From Mobula hypostoma (taxonomy: Eukaryota): 64,000 nt of DNA. The notes under the pieces were generated by a model. That model was not told where the DNA came from and did no database searches. It worked only from the letters and a program-made list of their open reading frames with translations. Position 1 is the first letter of the stretch. Every line of letters begins with the position of its first letter. This document shows, piece by piece, positions 1 to 11,599 of the stretch. A program made the position numbers and the translations under genes. The DNA is taken from the NCBI RefSeq assembly GCF_963921235.1, contig NC_086108.1, positions 104,100,001 to 104,164,000 on the forward strand. The letters are read 5' to 3'.

Positions 1-143
1 TTATAATCCTTTGACCACTGCAAGTGGCTCGAGTATAAAAGTGCTTCCATTCTGATACAGGTTCTGTACATTAACTTTAAAACTAAAATCTTACATTGAG
101 CAACCATTTTAAGTCAAAAAGAAATAAAGATAGAAGCTTGTCT

Positions 144-243
144 AGCCCTGACGAAGGGTCTCGGCCCGAAACATCAACTCTTTATTCCTTTCGATAGATG
201 CTGCCTGACCTGCTGAGTTCCTCCAGCATTGTGTGTGTTGCTT
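144..243 (+). mobile_element. PLE pLTR fragment with hammerhead core
   Basis: CTGACGA-AGGGTCTCGGCCC-GAAAC followed by the family tail GATGCTGCCTGACCTGCTGAGTTCCTCCAGCA..GTGTGTTGC. Confidence 0.75.
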
Positions 244-509
244 GTGGTCATTTGTTACCCTGCATGTATAACTTTTCATAGGGAGTTTTTTTGTCCCTCA
301 GGGAAATCTATTCCTAGAGAATTTTGATTTTTTTCACTATTTCTTACCATTGTTTATCTAACAAACAGCTTTTTGTCTCTCCTACCTATGTAATTTTCCT
401 TTTTTTTAAGCTTAGTACATGAGTTTCTTTCTGAATTGTGACTCTCTTGAAACTGAATACGTTCCACCACTCGGTTCATGAAAAGTAAGGAGCCTGAATT
501 AATTGAGTG

Positions 510-608
510 TAACACACACAAAATGCTGGAGGAATTCAGCAGGTCAGGCGGCATTTACGGAGAGGAAAAGACAGTCAATCAGTCAATGTTATGGGCGGTG
601 ACCCTTCC
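510..608 (-). mobile_element. Inverted PLE pLTR arm
   Basis: AACACACACAAAATGCTGGAGGAATTCAGCAGGTCAGGC... is the reverse complement of the pLTR tail. Confidence 0.7.
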
Positions 609-707
609 TTATTCTTTTGTCTATACACTTCTCAGCATTAATTCCTCTTTTAGTGTTATTCGTCAGCTCCTTGTTTAGTTTGCTCGGTATTTGTATGTTA
701 CAATAGG

Positions 708-2220
708 TAGCCATGGGCACCTCCATGGGTCCCAGCTATGCCAGCCTGTTTATCGGCTATGTGGAGCAGTCTATGTTCCAAGCTTACACTGGTGACCGTC
801 CCGCACTTCTCCTATGATACACCGATGACTGTATTGGTGCTGCTTCCTGCGTCCGTGCTGAACTTGTCAACTTCATCCACTTTGCCTCCAACTTCCACCC
901 TGCCCTCAAATTCACCTGGTCCATTTCCGACACCTCCCATCCCTTTCTTGATCTCACTGTCTCTATCTCCAGAGACAGCTTATCCACCGATGTTTATTAC
1001 AAACCCATGGACTCTCACTGCTACCTGGACTACACCTTGTCCCTCCCTACTACTGTAAAAATGCCATCCCCTTTTCCCAATTCCCCCACCTCCATTGCAT
1101 CTGCTCTCAGGATGAGACTTTTCATTCTAGAATGAAGGAGGCGTTCTCTTTTTTCAAAGAAAGGGGCTTCCCTTCCTCCTCCATCAATGCTGCCCTCAAC
1201 CACATTTCCTCTATTTCACGCACATCTGCTCTTACCCCATCCTCCTGCCATGTTACCAGGGATAGGGTTCCTCTCATCCTCACCTACCACCCCACCAGCC
1301 TTCACGTCAAGCGCAGAATTCTCCAAAACTTCCGCCACCTCCAACAGGATCCCACCACCAAGCACATCTTTCCCTCCTCCCCCACTGACTGCTTTCCACA
1401 GGGATTGGCCTCTTGTCCATTCATCCCTCCCCACTGATCTTCCTCCTGGCACTTATCCTTGCAAGCAGAACAAGTGCTACACTTGCCCCTACCCCTCCTA
1501 CCTCACTACCATTCAGGGCTCTAAACAGTCCTCCCAGGTGAGGCGACACTTCACCTGTGAGTCTGTTGGGATCATTTACTGTGTTTGGTGTTCCCGGTGT
1601 GGCCGCCTGTACATTGGTGAGACACGAAGTAGATTGGGCAACTGCTTCGCCAAGCTTCTATGCTCCGTTTGTCAGAACAAATGGGATTTTCCAGTGGCCA
1701 CCCATTTTAATTCCACTTCCCATTCTCATTCCAATATGTCCATCCACGGCCTCCTCCACTGTCGTGTTGAGGCCACACTTAGGTTGGAGGAACAACACCT
1801 TATATTCCGTCTGGGTAGCCTCCAACCTGATGGCATGAACATATATTTCTCAAACTTCCAGCAATGCCCCACAATTACGCCCCTCCCCACTTCACTATTT
1901 CCCATTTCCTTCTCCCTATCTCACCTTATTTCCTTGACGGCCCATCACCTCCCTCTGATGCTCCTCCCCACTTTTCTTTCTTCCATGGCCTTCTCTCTCT
2001 TTCACCAATCAACTTCCCAGCTCTTTATTTCATCCTTTCCCCTCCAGGTTTCACGCACCAGCTGGTGCTTCTCTCTCCCCTCCTCCCCGCCGCCTTTTAA
2101 ATCTACTCCGCAGCTGATTTCCTCCAGTCCTGCAGGACGGTTTCGGCCTGAAATGTTGACTGTACTCATTTCCATAGATGCTGCCTGGCCGGCTGAGCCC
2201 CTCCAGCATCCTGTGTGTGT
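708..2220 (+). mobile_element. Penelope-like retroelement, 5'-truncated: RT remnant, GIY-YIG endonuclease and pLTR
   Basis: Degenerate RT (VAMGT.MGPSYA motif) followed by GTYPC..NKCYTC...HFTCES.GIIYC..CSRC..LYIGET...PVATHFN...EEQHLIFRLGSLQPDGMN. A pyrimidine-rich 3' region and a decayed hammerhead near 2126-2162 follow. Confidence 0.85.
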
Positions 2221-2926
2221 TGTTACGTACCCCGTAACTGGGTTGCCAAACCAGCAGAAATGGACCACTTAGTTGGAGTCTGGATTATTGGAACTAAGAA
2301 AGTTTTATTGAAGAAATAAGTAACACAGTACTCTAATCGTAAGGATATAAATGCAACAGGTTAGCAATGATAAAACACACATGTACACAGAACTAGGGTA
2401 ATAGGAATCAAACAAGCTCTATCGCAGTCTAGGGGTAAAATGATCAGTCTCAAGTGAGACGGAGTTCAGTTCAGCTTAGTACAGTTCACAGTAATCGCTG
2501 TTGTGCCGTTGGAGAGAGAGAGAGAGAGAGAATGCAAATTCTGATTCACACAGACCTTTGTTCTTCGCAGTTAGCTTTCGGGCGAACCCTTTTATGTCTT
2601 CTGTGGTCACCGACTGTGACCCCTCCGTTCCAGATATGACCGATCTTCCGCGGTGAACCCGGCACCCAGGCAAGGGCGGACACACACACCAGTTTCCCGC
2701 TGATCGTACCTTTTCACCCTGTGCGTCTATGGTCGGTTCCGCGACCAGACCTCCAAGCTCCCACCAACTTGTGGGGGCACACCGCTCTTCCAGGGTCTTG
2801 TTATCTCCTGATCTCGTGGTGTGTGTCTTGCCTTAGCGAACCTGTTCTTTTTATCCCCCTGCTGGGGTATTGCCTGTCCATCAAACTTCAAACAGTTCAG
2901 GTTCAAAGCAACTGGTCTGTCAATAT

Positions 2927-3028
2927 CGACTGCGCCTCTTCCTATAGATGCTGCTTGGCCTGCTGCGTTCACCAGAAACTTTGATGTATGTTGCTTGAAT
3001 TTCCAGCATCTGCAGAATTCCTGTTGTT
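2927..3028 (+). mobile_element. Minimal PLE pLTR insertion starting at the hammerhead cleavage site, 9-bp TSD
   Basis: TGTCAATAT is duplicated at 2918-2926 and 3029-3037. The insert begins C-GACTG and ends with the family tail. Confidence 0.75.
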
Positions 3029-3137
3029 TGTCAATATTCTGAAGTGTGTTTCTTTCTCGTTAATCTGTCTCCTTTCTCATTAACATTTTGAACGCTTCTC
3101 CATTGTCTCCCTTATCTCTCTCATCAGTATCTCATCT

Positions 3138-3447
3138 TCCAGAACGAGGGGTCACAGTTTGAGGATAGAAGGGAAGCCTTTTAGGACCGAGATTAGGAAA
3201 AACTTCTTCACACAGAGAGTGGTGAATCTGTGGAATTCTCTGCCACAGCAAACTGTTGAGGCCAGTTCATTGGCTATGTTTAAGAGGGAATTAGATATGG
3301 CCTTCGTGGCTACAGGGGTCAGGGGGTATGGAGGGAAGGCTGGGGCGGGGTTCTGAGTTGGATGATCAGCCATGATCATAATAAATGGCGGTGCAGGCTC
3401 GAAGGGCCGAATGGCCTACTCTTGCACCTATTTTCTATGTTTCTATG
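3138..3447 (+). mobile_element. CR1 LINE 3' fragment (same young family as the 25.5 kb and 36.4 kb copies)
   Basis: RIEGKPFRTEIRKNFFTQRVVNLWNSLP...; ends in a (TTTCTATG)n tail. Confidence 0.9.
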
Positions 3448-3694
3448 TATCAATCTTCTGATAACTTGGTTTGTCGTCACAGTGTCTAAAGGAGCCAAGT
3501 CAGCGTTGCGCTGACTGCTAACGCTGTTGTGGCGCAGAGATCACTTTATTCAAAAAGGTTACTTTTATGGAGCATGTTGAATGAAGACAGTTGCAAAAGA
3601 GGCAAAGCAGCACCTGGGGAGGGAATTCTAGAAACTCCCCTTTCACAACTGAGACGCTTTATCTATGATACAGAAGTGGTTAAATGGTTAACAA

Positions 3695-5190
3695 TACAAA
3701 CCCCTGTGTCAGGATGCTGTTTGTTTGTTATAACTCTGCGTTTTAACACCATCATTCCCACAGTCATGGCTGATAAGCTATGGAACCTTAGGTGGAGCTT
3801 AGGAGACAATGGCGCCTAACGGCCACTCCTTTGCTTGCATCTTCAGAAACAGCTCTATTTCTATCTTTAATATCTCTATTTATTTTGAAGACCCTGACCT
3901 GGAGTTACATGCTGACTTCAGTTCTTTGCGGGAATGGGACCTGCTCTCGGGGTCTCACGACCGGCTATTATTCGATATACCAAGGATGCGGTCTAAAAGA
4001 TTAGCGCGCCTTCAGAATTTCGGGATTTCGAGGCTCTGGAGGCGGGTGGACTCCAGGTCGGTGCCTCTGCGGGAAATTGGTGTGTCGTGGGAGACAGAAG
4101 ATCAAAAGCAGCAAGCTGGCTGCTGGCTGTGTGCCCAGAGACCCGAGTTCTTCGGGCACAGAGCTTGGAAAAAATGACACAACGGACTTTTAACACCATA
4201 ATCAGTGAGTTGTTTGTTACATCTCCCCTCTCACTATAAAACGGAGACACCTCTTTTTCCCTTATTACGGAGAGAGAGAGAGAGAGAGCCTGTGGTATGT
4301 CGAATACCAGGTGAACAAGTTGTCTTTGGGGTACTGCAAGTCTGTGTCTTTATTGATTCTTTGTTGCATACTTGAGTGCTTGGTTTGGGGTGCTGATGCA
4401 TTTTGGCTGGTGAGGGGAGGGGGCATTGTTGCTTTGCTGCTGCTTGCACATGGGAGGGGGAGCTGGGGGGGCTTTGGAGTTCTAACATTTAACTTTCATT
4501 CATTCTTTGGGGCACTCCTATGTTTTCGTGGATGTTTGTGAAGAAAAAGTATTTCAGGATGTATATTGTGTACATTTCTCTGACATTAAATATGCCTTTG
4601 AAACCTTTGAACCTGAGCCTCTGTACCTCCCTCTGCAATTGGAAGACCACAATCTGTGCGTGTCGGTGATAATATCTCCTCCTCGCTGACGATCAACACT
4701 GGCGCACCTCAGGGGTGTGTAATCAGCCCACTGCTCTGCTCTGTCTATACCCATGACTGTGTGGCCAGGCACAGCTCAAATACCATCTATAAATTTGCTG
4801 ACGATACAACCATTGTTGGTAGAATCTCAGATGGAGATGAGAGGGTGTACAGGAGCGAGATATACCAGCTACTGTAGTTCAGAGGTGTCGTAGCAGCATC
4901 CTTGCACTCAGTGTCAGTAAGACCAAAGAGCTGACTGTGGACGCAATCCTCACAGAGGGATCAGAAGTGGAGAGAGTGAGAAATTTCAAGTTCCTGGGTG
5001 TCAGGATCTCTGAGGGTCTAACCTGGTCCCAACATATTGATGCAGCTATAAAGAGGGCAAGGCAGTTGCTATATTTTGAGGAGATTTGGTTTGTCACCTA
5101 AGACACTCGAAAATTTCTACAGATGTACCATGGAAAGCTTTCTGACAGGATGCATCACGGTCTGGCATGCAGGTGTGGGGCTAATGCACA
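3695..5190 (+). mobile_element. Rex1/Babar-type LINE fragment interrupted by a non-coding insertion (about 3790-4608)
   Basis: FNTIIP..., VGDNISSSLTINTGAPQGCVISPLL.S.YTHDC...KFADDTT. The insertion is flanked by GAACCT (3783-3788, 4609-4614) and ends in an ATTAAA plus short-repeat tail. Confidence 0.75.
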
Positions 5191-5297
5191 GGATTGAGAG
5201 AAGCTACAGAAAATTATAAAATTTGTTGGCTGGAGAGGGCCCAGAGAAGGTTCACGAGAATGATTGAGGGAATGAAAGTGTTCATGTATGAGGAGCA

Positions 5298-5763
5298 ACA
5301 CTCACAATCGCTGGAGGAACTCAGCAGGTCGGGCAGCATCCGTGGAAACCATCAGTCGACGTTTCTCCAACTTCCAGTAATTCCCTCCCCCTCCTTATGT
5401 CACTCTGCCCCCTCCCCCAGCTGCCTATCACCTCCCTCATGATTCCGCCTCCTTCTACTACCCATTGTGTTTTCCCCTATTCCTTCTTCACCTTTCCTGC
5501 CTATCACCTCCCTGCTTCCCCTCCCCCACCCCTTTATCTTTCCCCTTACTGGTTTTTCACCCAGAACCTACCAGCCTTCTCTTTCCCACCCTCCCCCCAC
5601 CTTCTTTATAGGGCCTCTGCCCCTTCCCTCTACAGTCCTGACGAAGGGTTCTGGCCCGAAACGTCGATTGATCGTTTCCACGGATGCTGCCCAACCTGCT
5701 GAGTTCCTCCAGCGTGTTGTGAATGTTGCTTTGACCCCAGCATCTGCAGATTATTTTGTGTTA
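5298..5763 (+). mobile_element. PLE fold-back insertion (inverted 5' arm, pLTR with hammerhead) inside a CR1 fragment (5225-6135)
   Basis: 14-bp TSD ATGTATGAGGAGCA at 5284-5297 and 5764-5777. The CR1 reading frame (LERAQRRFTRMI...MYEEHL.SLGLYS) resumes after the insertion. Confidence 0.85.
5633..5670 (+). ncRNA. Minimal type I hammerhead ribozyme motif
   Basis: CAGTC-CTGACGA-A-GGG(TTCTGG)CCC-GAAAC-GTC^GATTG. Stem I is CAGTC/GATTG, the CUGANGA and GAAA cores are intact, stem III is the palindrome ACGT, and the cleavage triplet is GUC (after 5665). Confidence 0.7.
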
Positions 5764-6139
5764 ATGTATGAGGAGCATTTGATGTCTCTGGGCCTATACT
5801 CGCCTGATTTTGGAAGAATGTGTGTGGGTCTCATTGAAACCCATCGGATATTGAAATGCTTAAATAAAATGGACGTGGAGAGGATGCTTCCCACAGTGGG
5901 TGAGTCTAGGACCAGAAGGCACAGCCTCAGAATGGAGGGATGTCCATTTGGAACAGAGATGAGAAGGAATTTCTTTAGCTAGAGGGTGGTGAATCTGTGG
6001 AATTCATTGCTACAGATGGCTGTGGATGTCAAGTTGTTGAGTATATTTAATGCGAGGTTGATAGGGTTTTGGTTGATCAGGCGTCAAAGGCTATGAGGAG
6101 AAGAGGTTAAGAAGGATAAAAATCAGCCATGATGCTTGA

Positions 6140-6530
6140 TTTATTGGGTGGTGGGGTGGAGATACATCTCTACCAAAGGAGGTGTAAGGTGCTCCTTCCC
6201 TCTGCTCGTGTGCAGGTCACCATTGGCCAAGGTGTAGCACCTGCTTAGCCCCCTGATCAGGGTCATGTGAAGCCATGGAGCAGGTGGTGGATGGTCATAT
6301 GAGCAGCTGGTGCATATCACAAGTCCTGGTTATGTGACCACTGACACCAGGCAGACAATCTCTGAGGAGTATTGATAATGGCTGGGGTCACCCATCTTGT
6401 AAAGACACTGCCTTGAAGAAGGCAAAGACAAACCACTTCTGTGGACAACTTTGCCAAGAACAATCATGGTCTTGGGAAGACCACGATTGCCCACACCAAA
6501 CGACACAGCACATAATGATGATGATGATGG
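6140..6530 (+). mobile_element. RTE-associated SINE/non-autonomous element with (GAT)n tail
   Basis: Contains a GAAGAAGGCAA..CAAACCACTTC motif typical of RTE/BovA-like ends and a GATGATGAT tail like the RTE at 48.7 kb. A second copy lies inverted at 46110-46490. Confidence 0.55.
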
Positions 6531-7009
6531 CTGTTGATCTCTTGTCTCCTCATAAACATAAACATCCTGTAGCTGCTTCTGGCACATATTCCAGCCAATA
6601 TACTGAAATATTTTTGCTGCTGTTCATAACTGAGTTCTTCCCCTGGCCTGTCCTGAGACTGGAGAACTGTGTATGTGCATGGGTTGGGGGTGGGGGCAGG
6701 GGGGGAGGAAGGGTGCTTGTTTTCCTACTTACTCTGACTTCTCAACCTTTTTTCAAGTCCTAATGAAGGGTCTCGACCTGAATCATCGACTATTTATTTA
6801 TTTCCATTGATGCCTGCTGAGTTCCTCCAACATTTTGTGTGTGTGTGTATATGTGTTGCTCTGGATTTCTAGTATCTGCAGATTTTTTTGTGTTTGTTTT
6901 GCTATGGTTGTTATGGTCTGTTCTGTTATCTGTGTTGTTTTGCTGAGCATCCTGGGCATGCTATGTTGACTCCAGAATGTGTGACGACACCTGCAGGCTC
7001 CGCACTTCA

Positions 7010-7660
7010 TCATGGCTGATCCATTTTCCCTGTCAGCCCCAATCTCCTGCCTTCTCCCCGTAACGCTTCATGCCCTGACTAATCAAGAATCTATCAATCT
7101 TCACCTTAAATATACTTAAGGACTTGGCCTCCACAGCTGCCTCTGGCAACAAATTCCACAAATTCACAACTCTCTGGCCAGCAAAATTCCTCCTCATCTC
7201 CATCCTAAAAGGACAACTCTCCATTCTGTGTCTCCTGATCTTTGACTCCCCCACCACAGGAAACATCTTCTCCACATCCACTCTATTGAGGCCTTTCAAC
7301 ATCTGATAGGTTTCAATGAAGCCACCCCTCATTCTTCTGAATTCCAGAGAGTACAGGCCCAGAACCATCAAACGCTCTTCATATGACAAGCCTTTCAATC
7401 CAAGAATCAATTTTGTGAACTTCCTTTGAACCCTCTCCAGTTTCAGCACATCCTTTCTAAGATAAGGTATCCAAAACTATTCCCAATACTTGAAGTGAGG
7501 TTTCACTAGTGCTTTATAAAGTCTCAGCATTATATCCTTGCTTTTATATTTTTGTCCTCTCAAAATTAATGCTAACATCACATTTGCCTTCCTCACCACA
7601 GACTTGACCTGCAAATTAACCTTAATGGAATCCTGCACAAGCACTCCCAAGTCCCATTGC
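7010..7660 (-). mobile_element. CR1 LINE 3' fragment
   Basis: LERVQRKFTKLI.GLKGLSYEERL..LGLYSLEFRRMRG...QRVVNLWN. A further plus-strand CR1 3' piece lies at 7857-8165. Confidence 0.85.
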
Positions 7661-8679
7661 AGCACGTCCCTACGCTGCATTGCAAATGATGCGTTTTACT
7701 GTATGTTTCAATGTACGTGTGATAAATAAATTAATCTGAATCCGTGGTAGTTCAGAAATGTGCCTCATAGAATCATAGAGAACCCATTGGCCCAACTCAT
7801 CCGTACTGACTAAGATGTCACCTCTAAGTTCATCCCATTCGTCCATTTTTGGCCTCAACAGAGTGGATGTGGAGGGAATGTTTCCTATGGTGAGGGAGTC
7901 TAAGATATAGCCTCAGAATAGGGGAGTGTCATTTTAGAACGGAGATGAGAAGGAATTTCTTTAGCCAGAGAGTGGTGAATCAGTGGAATTTGTTGCCACA
8001 GGCAGCTGGGGAGGGCAAGTCATTGAGCATATTGATGGCAGAGGTTGATAGATTCTTGTTTAGTCAAGGCATGTAAGGATATGGGGAGAAGGCAGGAGAA
8101 GGAAGGCAGGGTGGAGAGGGAAAATGGATGAAATGGCAGAGTAGAAGGATGGGCCAAATGGCCTTATATCTAATCTAAACTTATCCTATCCATCTACTTA
8201 CCCAAACATTGTTAATGTACCTGTCTCAATTAGTTTCTCAATGATGTTTTGGGAAGACAAGAATCGCTGGACTTGTAAGGGAAACCATATCTCATTATTG
8301 TGTTTTGCGTCTTTGAAGTCCAGCAAAAAAAAAGGATACCTGCATCTTTTCCTACGATAAATCTTCAATATTCATGTTCCACCCCCCCCCCATCAAATTA
8401 ACTGGTCAAAAACTTTCACTGTTAGGTAAACACACACAAAATGCTGGAGGAACTCAGCAGGTCAGGCAATGTCAATGGAAAGTCGACGTTTCGGGCGAAT
8501 ACCCTTCATCAAGGCATGAAGGAATGGGGGAAGGGAAGTCTTTTGTGTGTGTTGCCCTGCAGAATCTATTGTGTTTATATTATTGGTAGGTCAAACATGT
8601 TAAAATTCCTGATTCTCTCAAGCCTACTTCGATGGTTGAGAGGAGCGAATATAAGTTTCAGTACTTCAATTATTCATAT

Positions 8680-9035
8680 ACGATGACGTAATAAAAATAC
8701 CCTTTTCCAGGTAACAGATTCAGTTTCTCTTCAGTAAAATTGTTTCACTAATTCCTTTCAACTTCTTCCACCGCCCCAGGTGCTCTCACCTGAGATACTA
8801 TGTCCATGACGTCAATGCACACGGAGTGGCAAGGCAATTGGACGCATGCGTTGTGAGCGTACACCGCCGGCGTCGTTGCCGGCATGCATAGACAGAGCCT
8901 GCGCGACCAGAATCCCGCCCCCTGAGGCTCGCTGTTCCGCCCATTGCCGTGGCTGGACGGATTGCGCATGCGCGTTCCATGGGCAGTTGGAAGCGTCGGT
9001 AGCGGGCGAAGGGTTCGCTGCGCACAGAGGGAAAG
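8680..9035 (+). promoter_or_regulatory. CpG-rich GIPC promoter/5'UTR with CRE, GC-box and NRF1 motifs
   Basis: CpG density rises sharply here. Perfect CRE TGACGTCA at 8807-8814, CRE-like TGACGTAA at 8684-8691, GC box CCCGCCCC at 8914-8921, and NRF1 consensus TGCGCATGCGCG at 8963-8974, all just upstream of the ATG. Confidence 0.7.
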
Positions 9036-9320
9036 ATGCCGCTGGGCTTAAAGGGGAAGTGGAAGCACAGGTCGCGGGACAGCACTACCTTGGTGGAGAA
9101 CGAAGGTGGCGCAGGCTGGCGGGGTGGTGGGATCGGGGCGTCTTCCCCGAGCGCGGTCGGCGGGGCTGGGCTGCCTGCGCCGCCGTCTCACGCCCGGCCC
9201 AAACTGATCTTCCACACGCAGCTGGCGCACGGTAGCCCCACCGGCCGCATCGAGGGTTTCACCAATGTCCGTGAACTTTATGCCAGGATTGCCGAGGTGT
9301 TCGATATCCCCGCCTCGGAG
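9036..9320 (+). CDS. GIPC2: First coding exon of a GIPC PDZ-domain adaptor protein (N-terminus and start of the GH1 domain), probably GIPC2
   Basis: Translation [23 protein letters not shown]...[50 protein letters not shown] matches the GIPC family motif [22 protein letters not shown](K/R)ELY. The 285 nt exon ends in a phase-0 donor GAG|GTAAAT at the conserved GIPC intron position. The basic K-K-x-R-S-R-D/E-S N-terminus favours GIPC2 over GIPC1/3; the paralog call is less certain than the family call. Confidence 0.9.
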
Positions 9321-9407
9321 GTAAATGACCGCTGACGAGCTTTCAATTGCCCTCTTTTCCTTGACCTTCTAGTGCTTCCTTTTACTTCCCATTCCTCCTT
9401 TATATCA

Positions 9408-10152
9408 GCCCTCTACCCTCTTTCCCAATGTCCCGCGCACCCCCTCTACCCCCTTTCCCAATGACCCGCGCACCCCCGCTACCCCCTTTCCCAATGACCC
9501 GCGCACCCCCTCTACCCACTTTCCCAATGACCTGCGCACCCCCGCTACCCCCTTTCCCAATGACCCGCGCACCCCCTCTACCCACTTTCCCAATGACCCG
9601 CGCACCCCCTCTACCCCCTTTCCCAATGTCCCGCGCACCCCCTCTACCCCCTTTCCCAATGTCCCGCGCACCCCCTCTACCCCCTTTCCCAATGTCCCGC
9701 GCACCCCCGCACCCCCTTTCCCAATGACCCGCGCACCCCCGCTACCCCCTTTCCCAATGACCCGCGCACCCCCTCTACCCACTTTCCCAATGACCCGCGC
9801 ACCCCCTCTACCCCCTTTCCCAATGTCCCGCGCACCCCCTCTACCCCCTTTCCCAATGTCCCGCGCACCCCCGCTACCCCCTTTCCCAATGTCCCGCGCA
9901 CCCCCTCTACCCCCTTTCCCAATGACCCGCGCACCCCCGCTACCCCCTTTCCCAATGACCCGCGCACCCCCTCTACCCACTTTCCCAATGTCCCGCGCTC
10001 CCCCTCTACCCTCTTTCCCAATGTCCCGCGCACCCCCTCTACCCCCTTTCCCAATGTCCCGCGCACCCCCGCTACCCCCTTTCCCAATGACCCGCGCACC
10101 CCCGCTACCCCCTTTCCCAATGACCCGTGCACCCCTTCTACCCTTTTCCCAT
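9408..10152. repeat. 33-bp C-rich minisatellite, about 22 units, in GIPC intron 1
   Basis: Unit ATG(A/T)CCCGCGCACCCCC(G/T)CTACCC(C/A)CTTTCCCA. There are 9 units from 9428 (the ninth lacks one T) and 13 units from 9724, seen as 11-aa repeats in the ORF track. Confidence 0.95.
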
Positions 10153-11004
10153 TTAAACCCCGCCCCTCTCATTGACATGCACCAGTTTGAATTTAAACCT
10201 CTGTCCCCTCTACCAAAATTTACTCCCCTCCCACTTTTCTCCATCCAGTCCCTCCTTCCCTTTGACCCTTGCCCTCTTCCCCTCCTTTTCCCTATGGGTT
10301 CCTAATTGCCCTCTACCACCACCTTCCTGATTGACTCCAACTTGGCTTTTCACACTCCTCCCCCATAACCCATGGGCTCTTCTCTTGTTTCCATCTCTCA
10401 ATAAATGGCCCTCCTTTGCCCCCTTCCAATGGAAACTCTCTACTTTGTCCCCTCTCCGTTTGGACCACTTCTGCCTCCTTTCCTATACTCTTCTCCCCAT
10501 TAATTGCCTCCCCACTCCTTTCCTCCTTCCTCTCCAATTGGGTGTACTATTTATGTTCCATTCATTATGACTCATACTTTGTCAACCTCCTCTCCCTCTT
10601 CATTGAACCTGTCTCCTCCCCCACCCCCCCATTTGAATTTCTTCTCCAACTGGCATATTTGTAATTCTCCAAATGTTCAAGCACCTGTTTTGAAACTTCA
10701 GCTGGTTTATGGGAGAGCTTGTATAACTTCACTATGAACTGGTACATCTTTACTTTCATGGTAAATCTGCGGTGTTCTAGACATGTACATTCTTAAGGTA
10801 GATAGGTCTTCCCCTCCAGCAATCACTGGTTTTTATTTGAATGGTTACAGGAAGAAAATGCAGAGTTGACTTACCAAAAGTGCTTATTATAGCACATTCC
10901 ATTTCCCATTGAACACTTAATTAGATCAAGCGAAGTGTAACCACTGCTGTTGACTTGCCTGCCATTGGTTGGGGTCGACTATCTGTCTACGTGGTACGAA
11001 GCCA

Positions 11005-11270
11005 GGGCAGCATGGTGGTTATTCCAACACTCTACAGTGCTGGCAACCCAAGTTCATTTCTCACCACTGTCTGTAAGGAGTTTTTACGTTCTCCCTGTAA
11101 CTGTGTTGGTTTCCTCCAGGTGCCCTGGTTTCCTCCCACAGTCCAAAGATGTACCGATTGGAAGGTTAATTGCTCATTGTAAGCTGCCCTGTGATTAGGC
11201 TAGGGTTAAGTCAGGGTTTGCTGAGTGGTGCGGCTTGAAGGACTAGAAAGGCCTTTTAGGCGCTGATAGT
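11005..11270 (+). mobile_element. tRNA-derived V-SINE (HE1-like)
   Basis: V-domain core GTTCTCCCTGT...GGTTTCCTCCAGGTGC.CTGGTTTCCTCCCACAGTCCAAAGA. Confidence 0.7.
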
Positions 11271-11599
11271 AAATATATGGAGGGCAGGCTGTTACCTGTG
11301 CAGCCGGCTCCCCCCTCCATGATCAGTCCAAAGACTGATACAGTTTGGCATCAGCGGCATCACAGGAGTTGTCAGTTAGCATTGAACTTAGCATTGGACT
11401 GCCTGAGGGACTCTGTTTCCTGATTTTTTTTCCCCTTGGGGTTTACTCCTGAAGCCTTCCTCATGAGTGGGTATAGCTGCAAAGCCATCAGAGTTTTCTT
11501 TCTTCTAGGTGAGCTGCCAACCACGGCTGACGAGCCTCATCTGACCAAAGTGACTGGTTTTAAGGTGCCAATAACCTGACTTTGCCCCATATCCTGTCA

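Larger units (their letters stand above)
2221..3481 (-). mobile_element. Solo LTR (TG...CA, 4-bp TSD) interrupted by a PLE mini-insertion and a CR1 3' fragment
   Basis: Termini TGTTAC...GTCACA flanked by GTGT (2217-2220 and 3482-3485). AATAAA on the minus strand near 2304. Confidence 0.7.

Noticed and set aside
9408..10152. CRISPR-like array
   Set aside because: Units are head-to-tail with no unique spacers, and the context is eukaryotic.
9405..10305. Long Gly/Arg- or Pro-rich ORFs (279 aa minus, 193 aa plus)
   Set aside because: These are by-products of a stop-free 33-bp minisatellite. A 1-bp unit deletion shifts the frame, and the region is intronic.
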